Assembly (NCBI GenBank): GCA_048213135.1
Contig: PS015120.1
Coordinates: 181,538-218,509 of the forward strand
From: Reclinomonas americana ATCC 50394
Taxonomy: Eukaryota
Reading direction: 5' to 3'
Length of the DNA stretch: 36,972 nucleotides
The notes under the pieces are model-generated. The model saw nothing but the letters and a program-made list of their open reading frames with translations. It did no database searches and had not been told where the DNA came from. The position numbers and the translations under genes are program-made. Of the stretch, positions 24,701-35,689 are shown in pieces. Numbering within the stretch: position 1 is the first letter of the stretch; every line of letters begins with the position of its first letter.

Positions 24701-26069
24701 CTGAGGTGGGCGCGCCAGCCGCAGAACGCGTCACCGTGGCCCCGCTGACATCGATGGCCACCGCCTTTCGCGGTTGATTCACATGTGCCGGAATCATGTC
24801 ATTGGTGGTGGCCACCACTGGCCGGCCGACCACCAGCACCGGATCTGCCGCGTCGTAGCTAACCACACCGGCTCCTCGCAGTGAGCCAGCTGATGCCGAC
24901 TCGCGCATTGGGGGTGCACGATCAGCAGCTGGTCTCGAAACGCCGCCGAGAGAGCCCGCCGAGGCCGAGCCACGAACAAGACTCGGTGGCTGCGCAGGCG
25001 CGGCAGCCGAGGGCGGAGACGGCGTCGTTGTCTGTCGAAGAGAGCCGGCAGAATTCGACGAGCGCACCAGCGGAGGTGGTTCCTCAGCCACCGCCGCCGG
25101 CGGCTCCGCAGGCGTAGTGACAATGACTGACGAGAGCGGGTGCGCAATAATGTCGGCCGACTGCAGAGCTGCGTCCAGGTATTTTGAAACCATGGCCTTC
25201 TTGCGCGGGTCACTCGTGCGGGCGAGCATGGTACGCGGCGTCAGTGGCGTGCTCTGCACGATAAATACGAATGAGAAAGCGGGGGGAGAGCGTGTGTGTG
25301 TGCGCCCATTGCGTACGTACCTCATTTGTGGGACTACCCTGAGAATCGCCGACAGTCACGTCACCGGGGCGGCGGAAAGAGTCTTGTCGCCGTGGCGCGC
25401 GGTTGGCTCCACTCTGACGTGCACCAGTGAGCGAGGACGGAGGGAGAGAGGGGGGGATAAAAAGAACGCAACTCCACCGGCAGAGGGCAATCGGCGTTCC
25501 GACGGTTGAGGTGGGCGTTCCTGTGCGCACAGCAAGTGAGAAGCGAGAAGCAACACCACCCACCACCGCGTTGGCGACTGCAGCGCACCGTCTTGAACGA
25601 CACGCCGATTCCGAGTCCCGCCGACGGCGAAGCACGCACGCTGGTCGACGATGACGATGTAGGTGATCCAGCAGTAGTTTGCACCAGCGGCGCGGGCACA
25701 GCAGCCGCCGCAGCAGCAACAGCGGTCTCGATCGTGGCAATCTGCACCCGCGACTGCGAGCGTTGCACGGCAGGTCGAGCTGGAGCCGCAGCAACAACAG
25801 GCTGTGCTCGTGCCACAGGTGTCGGCATGGAGGCCACTAGCGGTGGCGGCTCCGCAACAGCAACAGCCGCAGCGGGAGCGGGAGCAGCAGGCTGCACTGG
25901 TCTCGGACGACCCGACAGACGAGACTCCTGCCACCACAAAGCGAGCGTCAAGAGCGCGCAACGCAACAAGGATCCATCGCAACAACAACACCAGTACCTC
26001 ACTCTCCCGCGCATCGGCAATGGCCTTTTGCAAGTCGCCCAGCTTTGCGGCCGAGTACTTGGAGATCGG
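21763..26069 (-). CDS. Large low-complexity (Pro/Ala/Ser-rich, acidic) protein with helical C-terminal region; 5'-partial; may be two genes
   Basis: Consistent minus-strand exons bounded by GT..AG on both sides of gaps 23402-23421 and 23886-24679, e.g. PISKYSAAKLGDLQKAIADARE, SEYTEAMNRFSAHSADKELMIEILQMQQQELEDL, STLIDVWLQHTNGELSRIG. Stop TAG at 21763. No family recognised. Confidence 0.6.
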
Positions 26070-26104
26070 CTGAGCATGGAGACANNNNNNNNNNNNNNNN
26101 NNNN

Positions 26105-27249
26105 CCCACAGCAAAGTGAATACGGTCACCGACCGCACCATGCGCGAGCTGCGCTGCGGCCTCCGCCATGCTCGCGAGTCACCAGATATTTTGTGTGTGG
26201 TCATCACCGGCTGCCGTGAGAGCCGCCTGTTTTGCGCTGGATTCGACATTGCCGAGGTGCGTGCAAGGCAACGTGCACACAGCATGTCTCCGCTCCGCAT
26301 CTCATCACCTCCCTTGCCAGTTTGCTGCCGTGCAGGATCACCTCACAAAGACCGGATCCGATCCCTCATCGGTGGTGCAGCGCGGTCATGCGTTCCAATT
26401 TCTGTGGGATTTGGTGTGTTCCATTGCGTGACATTACGGCTGAGCCACTGTTTGGCATTCACCATCGAGCTGCACAGATGCACTTTGAGAAGCCGGTGGT
26501 CGTCGGAGGTGCGTTTCTGCAAAATGTATCGAAGAGGCAAGAGTCATGCTTGCTGAATTCCATCTCACAGTCACCGGTGGCGCCATTGGTGTGGGCGCCA
26601 CAATGCTGCCGCTGTGCGACATTGTCGCGGCCACCAAGAACGCCTACTTCCGCACTCCGTTCTCCGAGCTGTCGATTGCGCCAGAGGCAGCGTCGAGTGC
26701 AACTCTGACCCAGATGCTGGGCGTGAATGGTGAGCGTGCCTCCTGCCATGTGTAACAGTCGACGTCGTGTGCCTCACACTCCTGCTCGCAGTGGCCACCG
26801 ACATGCTGATGCTCGGTTCGTATCCAATGCACTGTCGCTTGTAGATTGTCCCTCTCACCCATGCACGCGCACACACACGCACACAGGTCGCACTCTGTCT
26901 GTCGAGCAGGCCCATGCCGGTGGTCTCGTCGGCACCGTGTGCGCCGACGTCGACGCCCTCAATGCCGAGCTGGACGCCGTGGTCAACAAGCTGATTACCA
27001 TCGGAGCCGATGCGGTCAACTCGACCAAGAAGGCACAGTGCCGCTGGTCGTCTCACACTCATGTGAGTCACCACAGTCGCCTCACTGCGAATTTTGTTTG
27101 TTTGCGTGTCGCAGCTCATCCGCGGTCCACTGCTGGCGAGCTGGGAGACGGCCTACAAGGCCGAGTTGCCGGTGCTGGCACGCCTGCTGGCCTCCGATCG
27201 CAGTCGCAAGGTGATGCGCGACTTTTTGATGGCACGCGGCAAGCTGTAA
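26105..27249 (+). CDS. Crotonase-family enoyl-CoA isomerase/hydratase (ECI2-like), 5'-partial, C-terminal -GKL
   Basis: VVITG..FCAGFDI, FEKPVVVGVTGGAIGVGATMLPLCDIV, FRTPFSELSIAPEAASS, DMLMLGRTLSVEQAHAGGLV. Ends ARGKL*. Confidence 0.92.
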
Positions 27250-27351
27250 GCAAGCAGGGAGTAGGAGGAGCAACAGCGGCAGCGGGCAAAAAAAACAAAT
27301 TGGATGATTTCATTTGAGTGATTTGTTGTTCCCGTCGCTGGTGATTCTGCA

Positions 27352-28046
27352 TTACATGGCCCGTCGAGGTGCCGCTGGCAGTTGCCTTGGCGTTTCACCG
27401 CCAGCCGCTGCAATCGGCAACGATGCGCCCGCCAGCTGCGGCAGTCCCGAGCGCACAGTCACCAGCGCCTGACTGGTGGCCACAGTCATTGCCGCCATGG
27501 TTCCTCCGCGCGGAGACTTGAGCGACGGCAGCGCTGGCAGAGACCACTTCTTCGCCGCCTCCTCCTCCTCGTGCTGGCGATGCGCACGAGGCGAGTGGTA
27601 ATGCTCGGCATAGAACGGCGCACCCACCGGACAGTACGAGTGCTCCAATCGAATATCATCCAGCTCGCACGAACTGGAGACCGCTGCGAGGTGAGTGCGC
27701 CAGGCCACAAACAGGACGGCAAACAAAGTGGAAGGGGAACGCAACTCTGCGCTCATCATGACATCGTCGCACTCTTCTCTTCTTCCCGCGTGCTCCTCCT
27801 GCTGTTTCCTGCTCTCCTCCAGTCGCCGTTGCTTCAGTTGCTCCAGTTTGCGCAACACTGCTGCACGTTGTCGCGCACGCTCACTCTCCAACAAGCCAGC
27901 CAGCCACTCCTGTGCGTGTAAGAGAGAGAGAGAACAAACCGCCAAAAAATGGTCAACGACTTTCAGGTCACGCGCCTCTGGTACACAGACGAGTTGAAGT
28001 CGCTCACCGGCACTTGTGAAGTGATGATTGCACTGCACGCAGGCAT
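27352..28046 (-). CDS. Hypothetical protein with a short coiled coil
   Basis: EWLAGLLESERARQRAAVLRKLEQLKQRRLEESRKQQEE. Intron 27745-27674 (A|GTTGCGT..CAG) keeps the frame. Stop TAA at 27352. Start uncertain. Confidence 0.55.
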
Positions 28047-28167
28047 GATACACACACTCGCGATTCTTTGGGAGACAACGCGCTCTCGGAACAACTTGAA
28101 ACGAAGAAAACCGGTTTCAGGACAGGACGAATTGGTTCGAATCTGTGCGACGTCGATCAAGATTTTT

Positions 28168-30404
28168 ATGCTCTCGTGGCGAGGCACACACGAATCCCTC
28201 ATCAACCCCTCGTTTGAGGGCTACCGATTGAGCCACCATGCGCGGGAGAGCGAGGCATTGACACAGTCCGCGGTGTGGACGTCGGAGAATCGCCCCTTTG
28301 CATTCAAAGACACTGGTGGCGCCGCAGACAAGGCCGACGATCTGGCCACATTCATGCGGTGCGAGAGAGACAGAGACGCACGTACGCGCAGGCAAGAGAT
28401 TCGCATCTCTCACTCTCTCTTTCTCGCTTGCAGCAAAGCACATGCTCAACTTCGCAATGCGCTGACGTGTGCATCGTCGTCGTCGGCGTTTCTCGTGGCT
28501 GACGAGCAGCGTCGCCTGTGTCGCGTCAGCGCAGCCAGTGGCGATGTGCACGTGCTGATCACACCCTCAGCGGCAGCTGCTGATGTGCAGCACGCGGAAC
28601 AGACGAGTCCATCGGTGGCTGCAGCCGATCACGGTCTCTCCGTTTGTCACATGCACGCTGCTGCATCCATCGTCACTCACAAGCGCGTTGCGTGTTAGGC
28701 TTGGTGGTGTACTGTGACGGTCTGGGTCGGCTGTACGTGGCTGGCGAGCAGGAGGAGCCGCTGTTGCAAGTCGACCTGCACGACTTGCCGTGCTTGTATG
28801 TGGAGGATGCGCGGGTGTATGCGGTGCCGGAGGCGGGAGCGGACCAGTTCGATCTGTGGGTGGCGGTGCAGTGGTCGCGAGTGGAGCACGTGGAGCAGGC
28901 GCGGACGCTTCTGCGGGTGTTTGTGGCGGCGGTGCCGTTGGCGCGGTTCCGTGTGGTGGTGGCGACTGCGGCTGCGGCTGCGGCGGGTGGTGGTGGTGTG
29001 CGGCTGGAGGAGTGCTACGTTGGCGATGCGTCGCAGGTGGAGAGTCGATGCGTGGCCAGCGACAGGTAACCGCAACAGCCGATGCCGATGCTCACTCTTC
29101 TTCTTCTTCTTACTCGTTGTTGTCAGTCGCGGTGCCGCCGATCCGCACCCGAATGTGCTGGCGCTGCATCCGCATGCTGCTGGATACCTACTGACGGTTG
29201 CCTCGGTGACGTACACGACGGCGGCGACACAGGCCAAGGGCAGCAGCGGCAGCATGTCGGTGTCGACACAGTCGTCGCCAGCGCGACCGAATGTCGACCC
29301 GCAGGCCATGTTGCGTGGCATGCCGACGGCGGAGGAGTTTGATCGGCGGCACTTTGCGCGCGTAGAGGAGGTGAAGGATGCGGAGGACATGGAAGACGAA
29401 GATGAGACGGATGAGCTGGATCCAGAGGAGAGGGAGCGGCTGGCGATGCACATGCGCAAGTACACGTCGGAGACGGATCTCGATCGACTGCCGGGTGTGA
29501 TGGACCGCGAGGTGAGCGGTGGCGGCGGTGACAGAAACGCCCCTCTCAAAAAAAGCTGACTGCTCTCCCTCCTGTTCATGGCAGACTGGCGAGACCTTTC
29601 GCAAGGACTACGTGTACGCAGAGCAGTACGATGAGGAGTCGTTTGCGGCCGGTCCCGGCGCCGACGGCTATGCCAGCACGTTTGCCTCGCAGCTCTTTGA
29701 ATTTCGGCGTGAGAGCGCGGCGGCCGGCGGTGCAGTGGGTGTGATTGAGCGTGGTCGCGTGTGCCCGCAGGAGGCCGGCTATCAGTACATGGGCCACAGC
29801 AGCGGCGTACGCGACGAGCACAATGGTTTGTGTTCTGTCGCGTGTTTGTCAGTGCGCGCTCTCGTTCGCTGACCGGGCATGCGACCCAGGACTGCCGCTG
29901 GTGGGCCTCCGCAATGGTCTCGACATGGTGGTGTTCACCATCGAGCCCGCGGACGACAGTGGCGCTTCCTCCTCCTCGCCATCGTCGTCGTCACCTGCGC
30001 TGCAGTGGCGCCACGTGGCCACCTTTGATGCGCTGGCGTATGTGGCGTCCGGCAAGCGCAACAAGAAATTCATCTCGTTTTCGCCGTCGTGCAGGTAAAG
30101 TGTGGCGCCAGCACTCGCGCCCGCGTCTTCTCTTCTACACAGACTCACAGGGGTTGCGTGAACACACACATACGCACACAGTGCCGCTGTGCTGGCCGAG
30201 TTCAACAACTACTTTTACGTGTACGACGGAGCGAGTGCCTCGATATCGGCCGCCGCCGCCGCCGCCGCCGCCGCCAACAAGCGTCGACACCAGGTGGTGC
30301 AGTTGCCGGAGTGGCGCGAGGACATTCTCGGCGTGCGCATCACCGACACCACAGTGACACTGCTGCAGCCGAGCGCCCTCGTCACCTTCCGCATTGATGC
30401 TTGA
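28168..30404 (+). CDS. NUDCD1: NudC domain-containing protein 1 homolog
   Basis: N-terminal LINPSFEGYRLS, central ERERLAMHMRKYTSE, and C-terminal LVGLRNGLDMVVF and WRHVATFDALAYVASGKRNKKF match the NUDCD1 motifs as recalled ([46 protein letters not shown]). Confidence 0.88.
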
Positions 30405-30871
30405 TTGTGTGTGTAATCGTGTTCGAATATCGATTACGTGACGATCTGCTGGCAAACTGCCGGCCATTATGCTCGAAGAGGGGTGGGGAACAGTGACAAC
30501 GAAACGACAGTCAGAGATGGAGATGGAGACAAAGAGACAGGCGGGGAGAAAGTGTACCCACCAAAACACCGCATCGCGGAGCCGGTTTCAATTTGAGCCC
30601 GTTTCCGGACGCAGCGNNNNNNNNNNNNNNNNNNNNNNNNNNNNNNNNNNNNNNNNNNNNNNNNNNNNNNNNNNNNNNNNNNNNNNNNNNNNNNNNNNNN
30701 NNNNNNNNNNNNNNNNNNNNNNNNNNNNNNNNNNNNNNNNNNNNNNNNNNNNNNNNNNNNNNNNNNNNNNNNNNNNNNNNNNNNNNNNNNNNNNNNNNNN
30801 NNNNNNNNNNNNNNNNNNNNNNNNNNNNNNNNNNNNNNNNNNNNNNNNNNNNNNNNNNNNNNNNNNNNNNN

Positions 30872-31311
30872 GACCACGAGTGCAGTTCGCACGCCGAGGG
30901 CGCAAACAGGAGATCGTCGTCATCATCGTCGTCGGTGTCTCCGTCGCCGTCGTCATCGTCATCGCCCATGTGCATGTGTGGCGGGAAGGTGCGTGCGCGT
31001 TTGTGTGGAGGACTGCCGTCGTCGTCTGTGGCCGGAGGAGCGCGTTTGCCTCCTGCGTTGCGACGCTCTTCCTCGTCCTCGTCGTCGATGACTGTGGCGG
31101 GGTGGTGGTGGTGGTTGCCGCTCATGAGCAGCATGGCGGAGAGAGAGGAGGCGTCGAGGGCGGCGAGTGAGGAAGAGGGAAACACCAAGCGCCCTGTTGA
31201 CTCATCGTCTACAACAACATGATTGCAATCAGCAAGCAGCGTGCGCGCGGGAAAACATTCGATATGCCCCACTGACCTCGTGACATAATCATCTTCGTGG
31301 TGCGTGCTCAC
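30872..31311 (-). CDS. Acidic/His-rich coding fragment with NLS-like motif; possibly the mis-oriented 5' part of the adjacent homeobox gene
   Basis: Open frame of about 146 codons after a CAG acceptor, containing GKRAPP...PPHKRART and a DDDDDGDGDTDDDDDDD tract. Runs into the gap at LHSWS. Confidence 0.45.
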
Positions 31312-31532
31312 TGGATGACAATCAATCGGGGGTTTGGCCGGGCGCAGGCACGGACGGACGGAGGTTGACAGTGTGCACTGCGATGCAAGAAATGCTGGAA
31401 GNNNNNNNNNNNNNNNNNNNNNNNNNNNNNNNNNNNNNNNNNNNNNNNNNNNNNNNNNNNNNNNNNNNNNNNNNNNNNNNNNNNNNNNNNNNNNNNNNNN
31501 NNNNNNNNNNNNNNNNNNNNNNNNNNNNNNNN

Positions 31533-32545
31533 GTCGTCATCGTCCTCCATGCCTCCACTTCCGCAGCTGCCTCCGCTGGTGTCAATGCCGCCTCCTCCAC
31601 CACCTCCTCCACCTCCGACTGCGCGAGGAGGACGAGCGACTGCAGCAGCAGCAGCACCGCGACGACGCGGAGGCAACAATCGCTTGCCTGAGCGTGCGCT
31701 GGACCTGCTGAAGCGACACGTGAAGCGCATGCGGCAGCTGCAGTGGACCAAGTGTGGCCATGCCGACCCTGTGCCAGTGCCCAGCACGCAGGACAAGCGT
31801 GTGCTGGCCGCGCAAGCTGGCATGCAACTGACGCAGGTGTCGAGTTGGTGAGTGCCTGCCTGTGGATTTAGTTGTGTCTCTGTGCATGCGCTCAGCTGTG
31901 GGCAGGTTCATCAACGCGCGCTATCGGTGCACCAAGGACCCGGGTCTCGTGCAGAGCTTGTTTGGGTCGCCGATGGGTGTGCCGGGTCATGAGAAGCTCG
32001 ACCCGGAGATGCCGATGCACTTGGGCGTGAGCGAGTCGACAGTCTCCGAGCCGCAGCAGCCAGCACTAGCACCCCAGGCACCACCACCACCACCGCCGCC
32101 ACCTCCAGCATCAGCGTCACCAGCAGTGCCTGTGATGCATCCGCTGCTGTCGCAGCCGACGAGCATGCTGTTTACGCCAGTTTCGTCGTCGGTCCCTTCG
32201 CCTGTGCAGCACCATTCGCCACCGAGACCTGTGGTGGTCGGTGTGCTGCCGCCTGCGTTGCCGGTGGGTATGCTGGCCAACTATCAAGTCGTGGAACAAT
32301 GGTACGCGCGCTTGCCGCGGTGGCAAAGTCGTGCCATTTTTGCTGACGTTTTTTTACCATGCAGGTTCCTAGCACACATCGATCGCCCGTACGCCACACC
32401 GCGTGAACGGCAAGAGCTAAAGGAACGATCAGGGCTCTCTCGTCGCGACATTCAACGGTACCTCCGATCACGACGAGACGCGCACTGGAAGTCACTCGGC
32501 GACCCGTGCTACCTCAGTGGCGACTCGGACGATGGTGGCGACTGA
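31533..32545 (+). CDS. TALE-like homeobox transcription factor with a second degenerate homeodomain (copy 1, 5'-partial)
   Basis: RLPERALDLLK...PVPSTQDKRVLAAQAGMQLTQVSSW|FINARYR with an intron inside the Trp codon. Second unit: VVEQW|FLAHIDRPYATPRERQELKERSGLSRRDIQRYLRSRR. Confidence 0.85.
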
Positions 32546-32759
32546 ATCGCTGCGCTTTGTTTACTGTGTTTTACAATCCTCTTCTTTCTTTCTCTATCTG
32601 TTTCGTTTCCTGCCTCTGCACGAATTGGCGGCGTTGAATGGGTTCGTAGTCGTTGTGTGGTCGGTGTGGGAAGAGCGTCGCAAGTGAATTCATGAACGTC
32701 CTTGTGTCATGCAAGTCATTTGTCAGTGATCACAGTGTGTGAGTGTGGAGCGAGAGCAA

Positions 32760-33242
32760 ATGGACGGAGGAGGAGGCAGTGGATCAGCAGCACCGTCTGC
32801 AGCGAGTGTGGCATCGTTGACGTCAGCGGCCACTGTCAAGTATGTGTGTGGAGGTGCGCGAAAAAAGTCGAGTGAGAGAAGGATGCAGATGCGCGCGCCA
32901 CATCCCTCCCAGTGGTTGTGTGTGTGTACGAGAGAGAGAGAGAGAGAGAGAGAGCGCGCATTCCAGTCTGGCATTGACGCGCAATCAATCACATTTGTGA
33001 GTCGAGTTTCTCACTCACTCTCTCTCTTTCCGCACTTCTTGTAGACTGCAAGGAGAAGTCCTCCATCAAGTTCGGCGATCCCATCAAGTGCCACAACTGC
33101 GGGCATCGCATTCTCTACAAGACGCGCACCAAGGAAAGTTGCGTGACTCACTCTCTTTTGGCATCTCTTGTTGCTTCTTCTCTCTCTCTTTCTCAGCGTT
33201 CTCTTTGCCACACGCACAGGGATTCAGTACGTTGCGCGCTGA
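32760..33242 (+). CDS. RPB12: RNA polymerases I/II/III shared subunit RPABC4 (copy 1)
   Basis: Removing introns 32854-33044 and 33138-33219 gives VKYVCGDCKEKSSIKFGDPIKCHNCGHRILYKTRTKERIQYVAR*, the RPB12 zinc ribbon. Not present in the ORF track. Confidence 0.96.
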
Positions 33243-33356
33243 GCTGCGTGTCCGTGCGTGAGTCGTCGCTTCCAATGTAGATGGTGTGAATGTGCAAGAC
33301 AGTTTGGGAGATACTTTACTACACACGGTGCGTATTACAACTACTGTTCAAGTGGA

Positions 33357-34227
33357 TTACACGGGCCTGCTGTTGCTGTCACGTGGTCGCATGGGTGATT
33401 GGGTGCGTGAGGAGCTGCTGCCGTTGACGGTGAGGGAGGAGCCCGATGATACGCGCACTACGCCTGGCGCACTTCCAGCGCGTGGTGGTGATTGGTGGTG
33501 CTGGGCTGCAGCAGCTGCAGCGGCGGCGGCGGCGGCCTCGGCCACAAAGGAGACCGGCGGAAGCATGGGTGGGGCACGTGGCGCCGGCGAGGGGTGTCGT
33601 GGTGGTGAAGACGAGGATGGCGCAGCAGCAGCTGTTGCTGTTGTAGCAGCGGCAGCCGCCACAACCGCGGGAGGAAGCGGCACAGCCAGTGGGATGGATG
33701 CCGGCGGCGGCAACGGCATGGGTGGCGCCACGTATCGACGCACCTCGGCAGCCAGTGGCGCGTGTGGCGGTGGCGGCGACAGCCGATAGCTGGCGGCCGT
33801 CACCAGTGCCGCCGCTGCGGCTGGCGACGATCGCATCGCCACGCTGACATTCATCTCGCCGTCTTTCGGCACCAGCGTGTACTCCCACTCTGTGACGACT
33901 GGCAGCAACGGCGCTGCGGCATCGGCAGCGGCCGCAGCACTGGGGCCGGCTGCTGCTGCTGCTGCCGCTGGGGGTGGTGGTGGCGGTGGCGAAAACTCGA
34001 ACTCGCGCAGCAAGTTGGCCGACACGAACTTGACCATGACCAGCTGCACACAAAAAATGAGTGAGGCCGCCAGCACCACACAGGAGAAGAAAAAAGATAG
34101 CGCACCCCAATCGTCCTCCAAAACCCCATGGCATCACCAACTCCAAATGTCCAGTAGGCCGGGAAGCGCGTGTTACACCGACACTCGAGTGCCGACAGCG
34201 GTCTCCACGGCTGCGTCATTGACTGCA
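33357..34227 (-). CDS. Cytochrome P450-like C-terminus lacking the heme cysteine, followed by a Pro/Ala tail (copy 1, 5'-partial)
   Basis: Spliced: FPAYWTFGVGDAMGFWRTIG|LVMVKFVSANLLREFEFS...EYTLVPKDGEMNVSVAMR. This matches the FGxG heme loop, L helix, LLxxFEF and TLxPK strand pattern of P450s. Confidence 0.55.
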
Positions 34228-34247
34228 NNNNNNNNNNNNNNNNNNNN

Positions 34248-35271
34248 ATCATCATCATCGGCATCGTCTTCCATGCCTCCGCTTCCGCAGCTGCCTCCTC
34301 TGGTGTCCATGCCGCCTCCTCCACCGCCTCCTCCACCTCCGACTGCGCGAGGAGGACGAGCGACTGCAGCAGCAGCAGCAGCACCGCGACGACGCGGAGG
34401 CAACAATCGCTTGCCTGAGCGTGCACTGGACCTGCTGAAGCGACACGTGAAGCGCATGCGGCAGCTGCAGTGGACCAAGTGTGGCCATGCCGACCCTGTG
34501 CCAGTGCCCAGCACGCAGGACAAGCGTGTGCTGGCCGCGCAGGCTGGCATGCAACTGACGCAGGTGTCGAGTTGGTGAGTGCCTGCCTGTGGATTTAGTT
34601 GTGTCTCTGTACATGCGCTCAGCTGTGGGCAGGTTCATCAACGCGCGCTATCGGTGCACCAAGGACCCGGGTCTCGTGCAGAGCTTGTTTGGGTCGCCGA
34701 TGGGTGTGCCGGGTCATGAGAAGCTCGACCCAGAGATGCCGATGCACTTGGGCGTGAGTGAATCGACAGTCTCCGAGCCGCAGCAGCCAGCACTAGCACC
34801 CCAGGCACCACCACCACCGCCACCACCTCCAGCATCAGCGTCACCAGCAGCAGTGCCCGTGATGCATCCGCTGTTGTCGCAGCCGACGAGCATGCTGTTT
34901 ACGCCAGTGTCGTCGTCGGTCCCATCACCTGTGCAGCACCATTCGCCACCGAGACCTGTGGTGGTCGGTGTGCTGCCGCCTGCGTTGCCAGTGGGTATGC
35001 TGGCCAACTACCAAGTCGTGGAACAATGGTACGCGCGCTTGCCCCGGTGGCATAGTCGTGCCATTTTTACTGACGTTTTTTACCATGCAGGTTCCTGGCA
35101 CACATCGATCGCCCGTACGCCACACCGCGTGAACGGCAAGAGCTAAAGGAACGATCAGGGCTCTCTCGTCGCGACATTCAACGGTACCTCCGATCACGAC
35201 GAGACGCGCACTGGAAGTCACTCGGCGACCCGTGCTACCTCAGTGGCGACTCGGACGATGGTGGCGACTGA
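34248..35271 (+). CDS. TALE-like double-homeodomain protein (copy 2)
   Basis: Near-identical to 31533-32545, with the same introns and stop. Confidence 0.85.
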
Positions 35272-35490
35272 ATCGCTGCGCTTTGTTTACTGTGTTTTAC
35301 AATCCTCTTCTTTCTTTCTCTATCTGTTTCGTTTCCTGCCTCTGCACGAATTGGCGGCGTTGAATGGGTTCGTAGTCGTTGTGTGGTCGGTGTGGAAAGA
35401 GCGTCGCAAGTGAATTCATGAACGTCCTTGTGTCATGCAAGTCATTTGTCAGTGATCAAAGTGTGAGTGTGTGTGTGGAGCAGAGAGCAA

Positions 35491-35646
35491 ATGGACGGAG
35501 GAGGAGGCAGTGGATCAGCAGCACCGTCTGCAGCGAGTGTGGCATCGTTGACGTCAGCGGCCACTGTCAAGTATGTGTGTGGAGGTGCGCGAAAAAAGTC
35601 GAGTGAGAGAAGGATGCAGATGCGCGCGCCACATCCCTCCCAGTGG

Positions 35647-35689
<43 letters not shown>

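Noticed and set aside
28695-29579. Long antisense ORFs overlapping real genes
   Set aside because: Expected in GC-rich coding DNA; no recognisable motifs.
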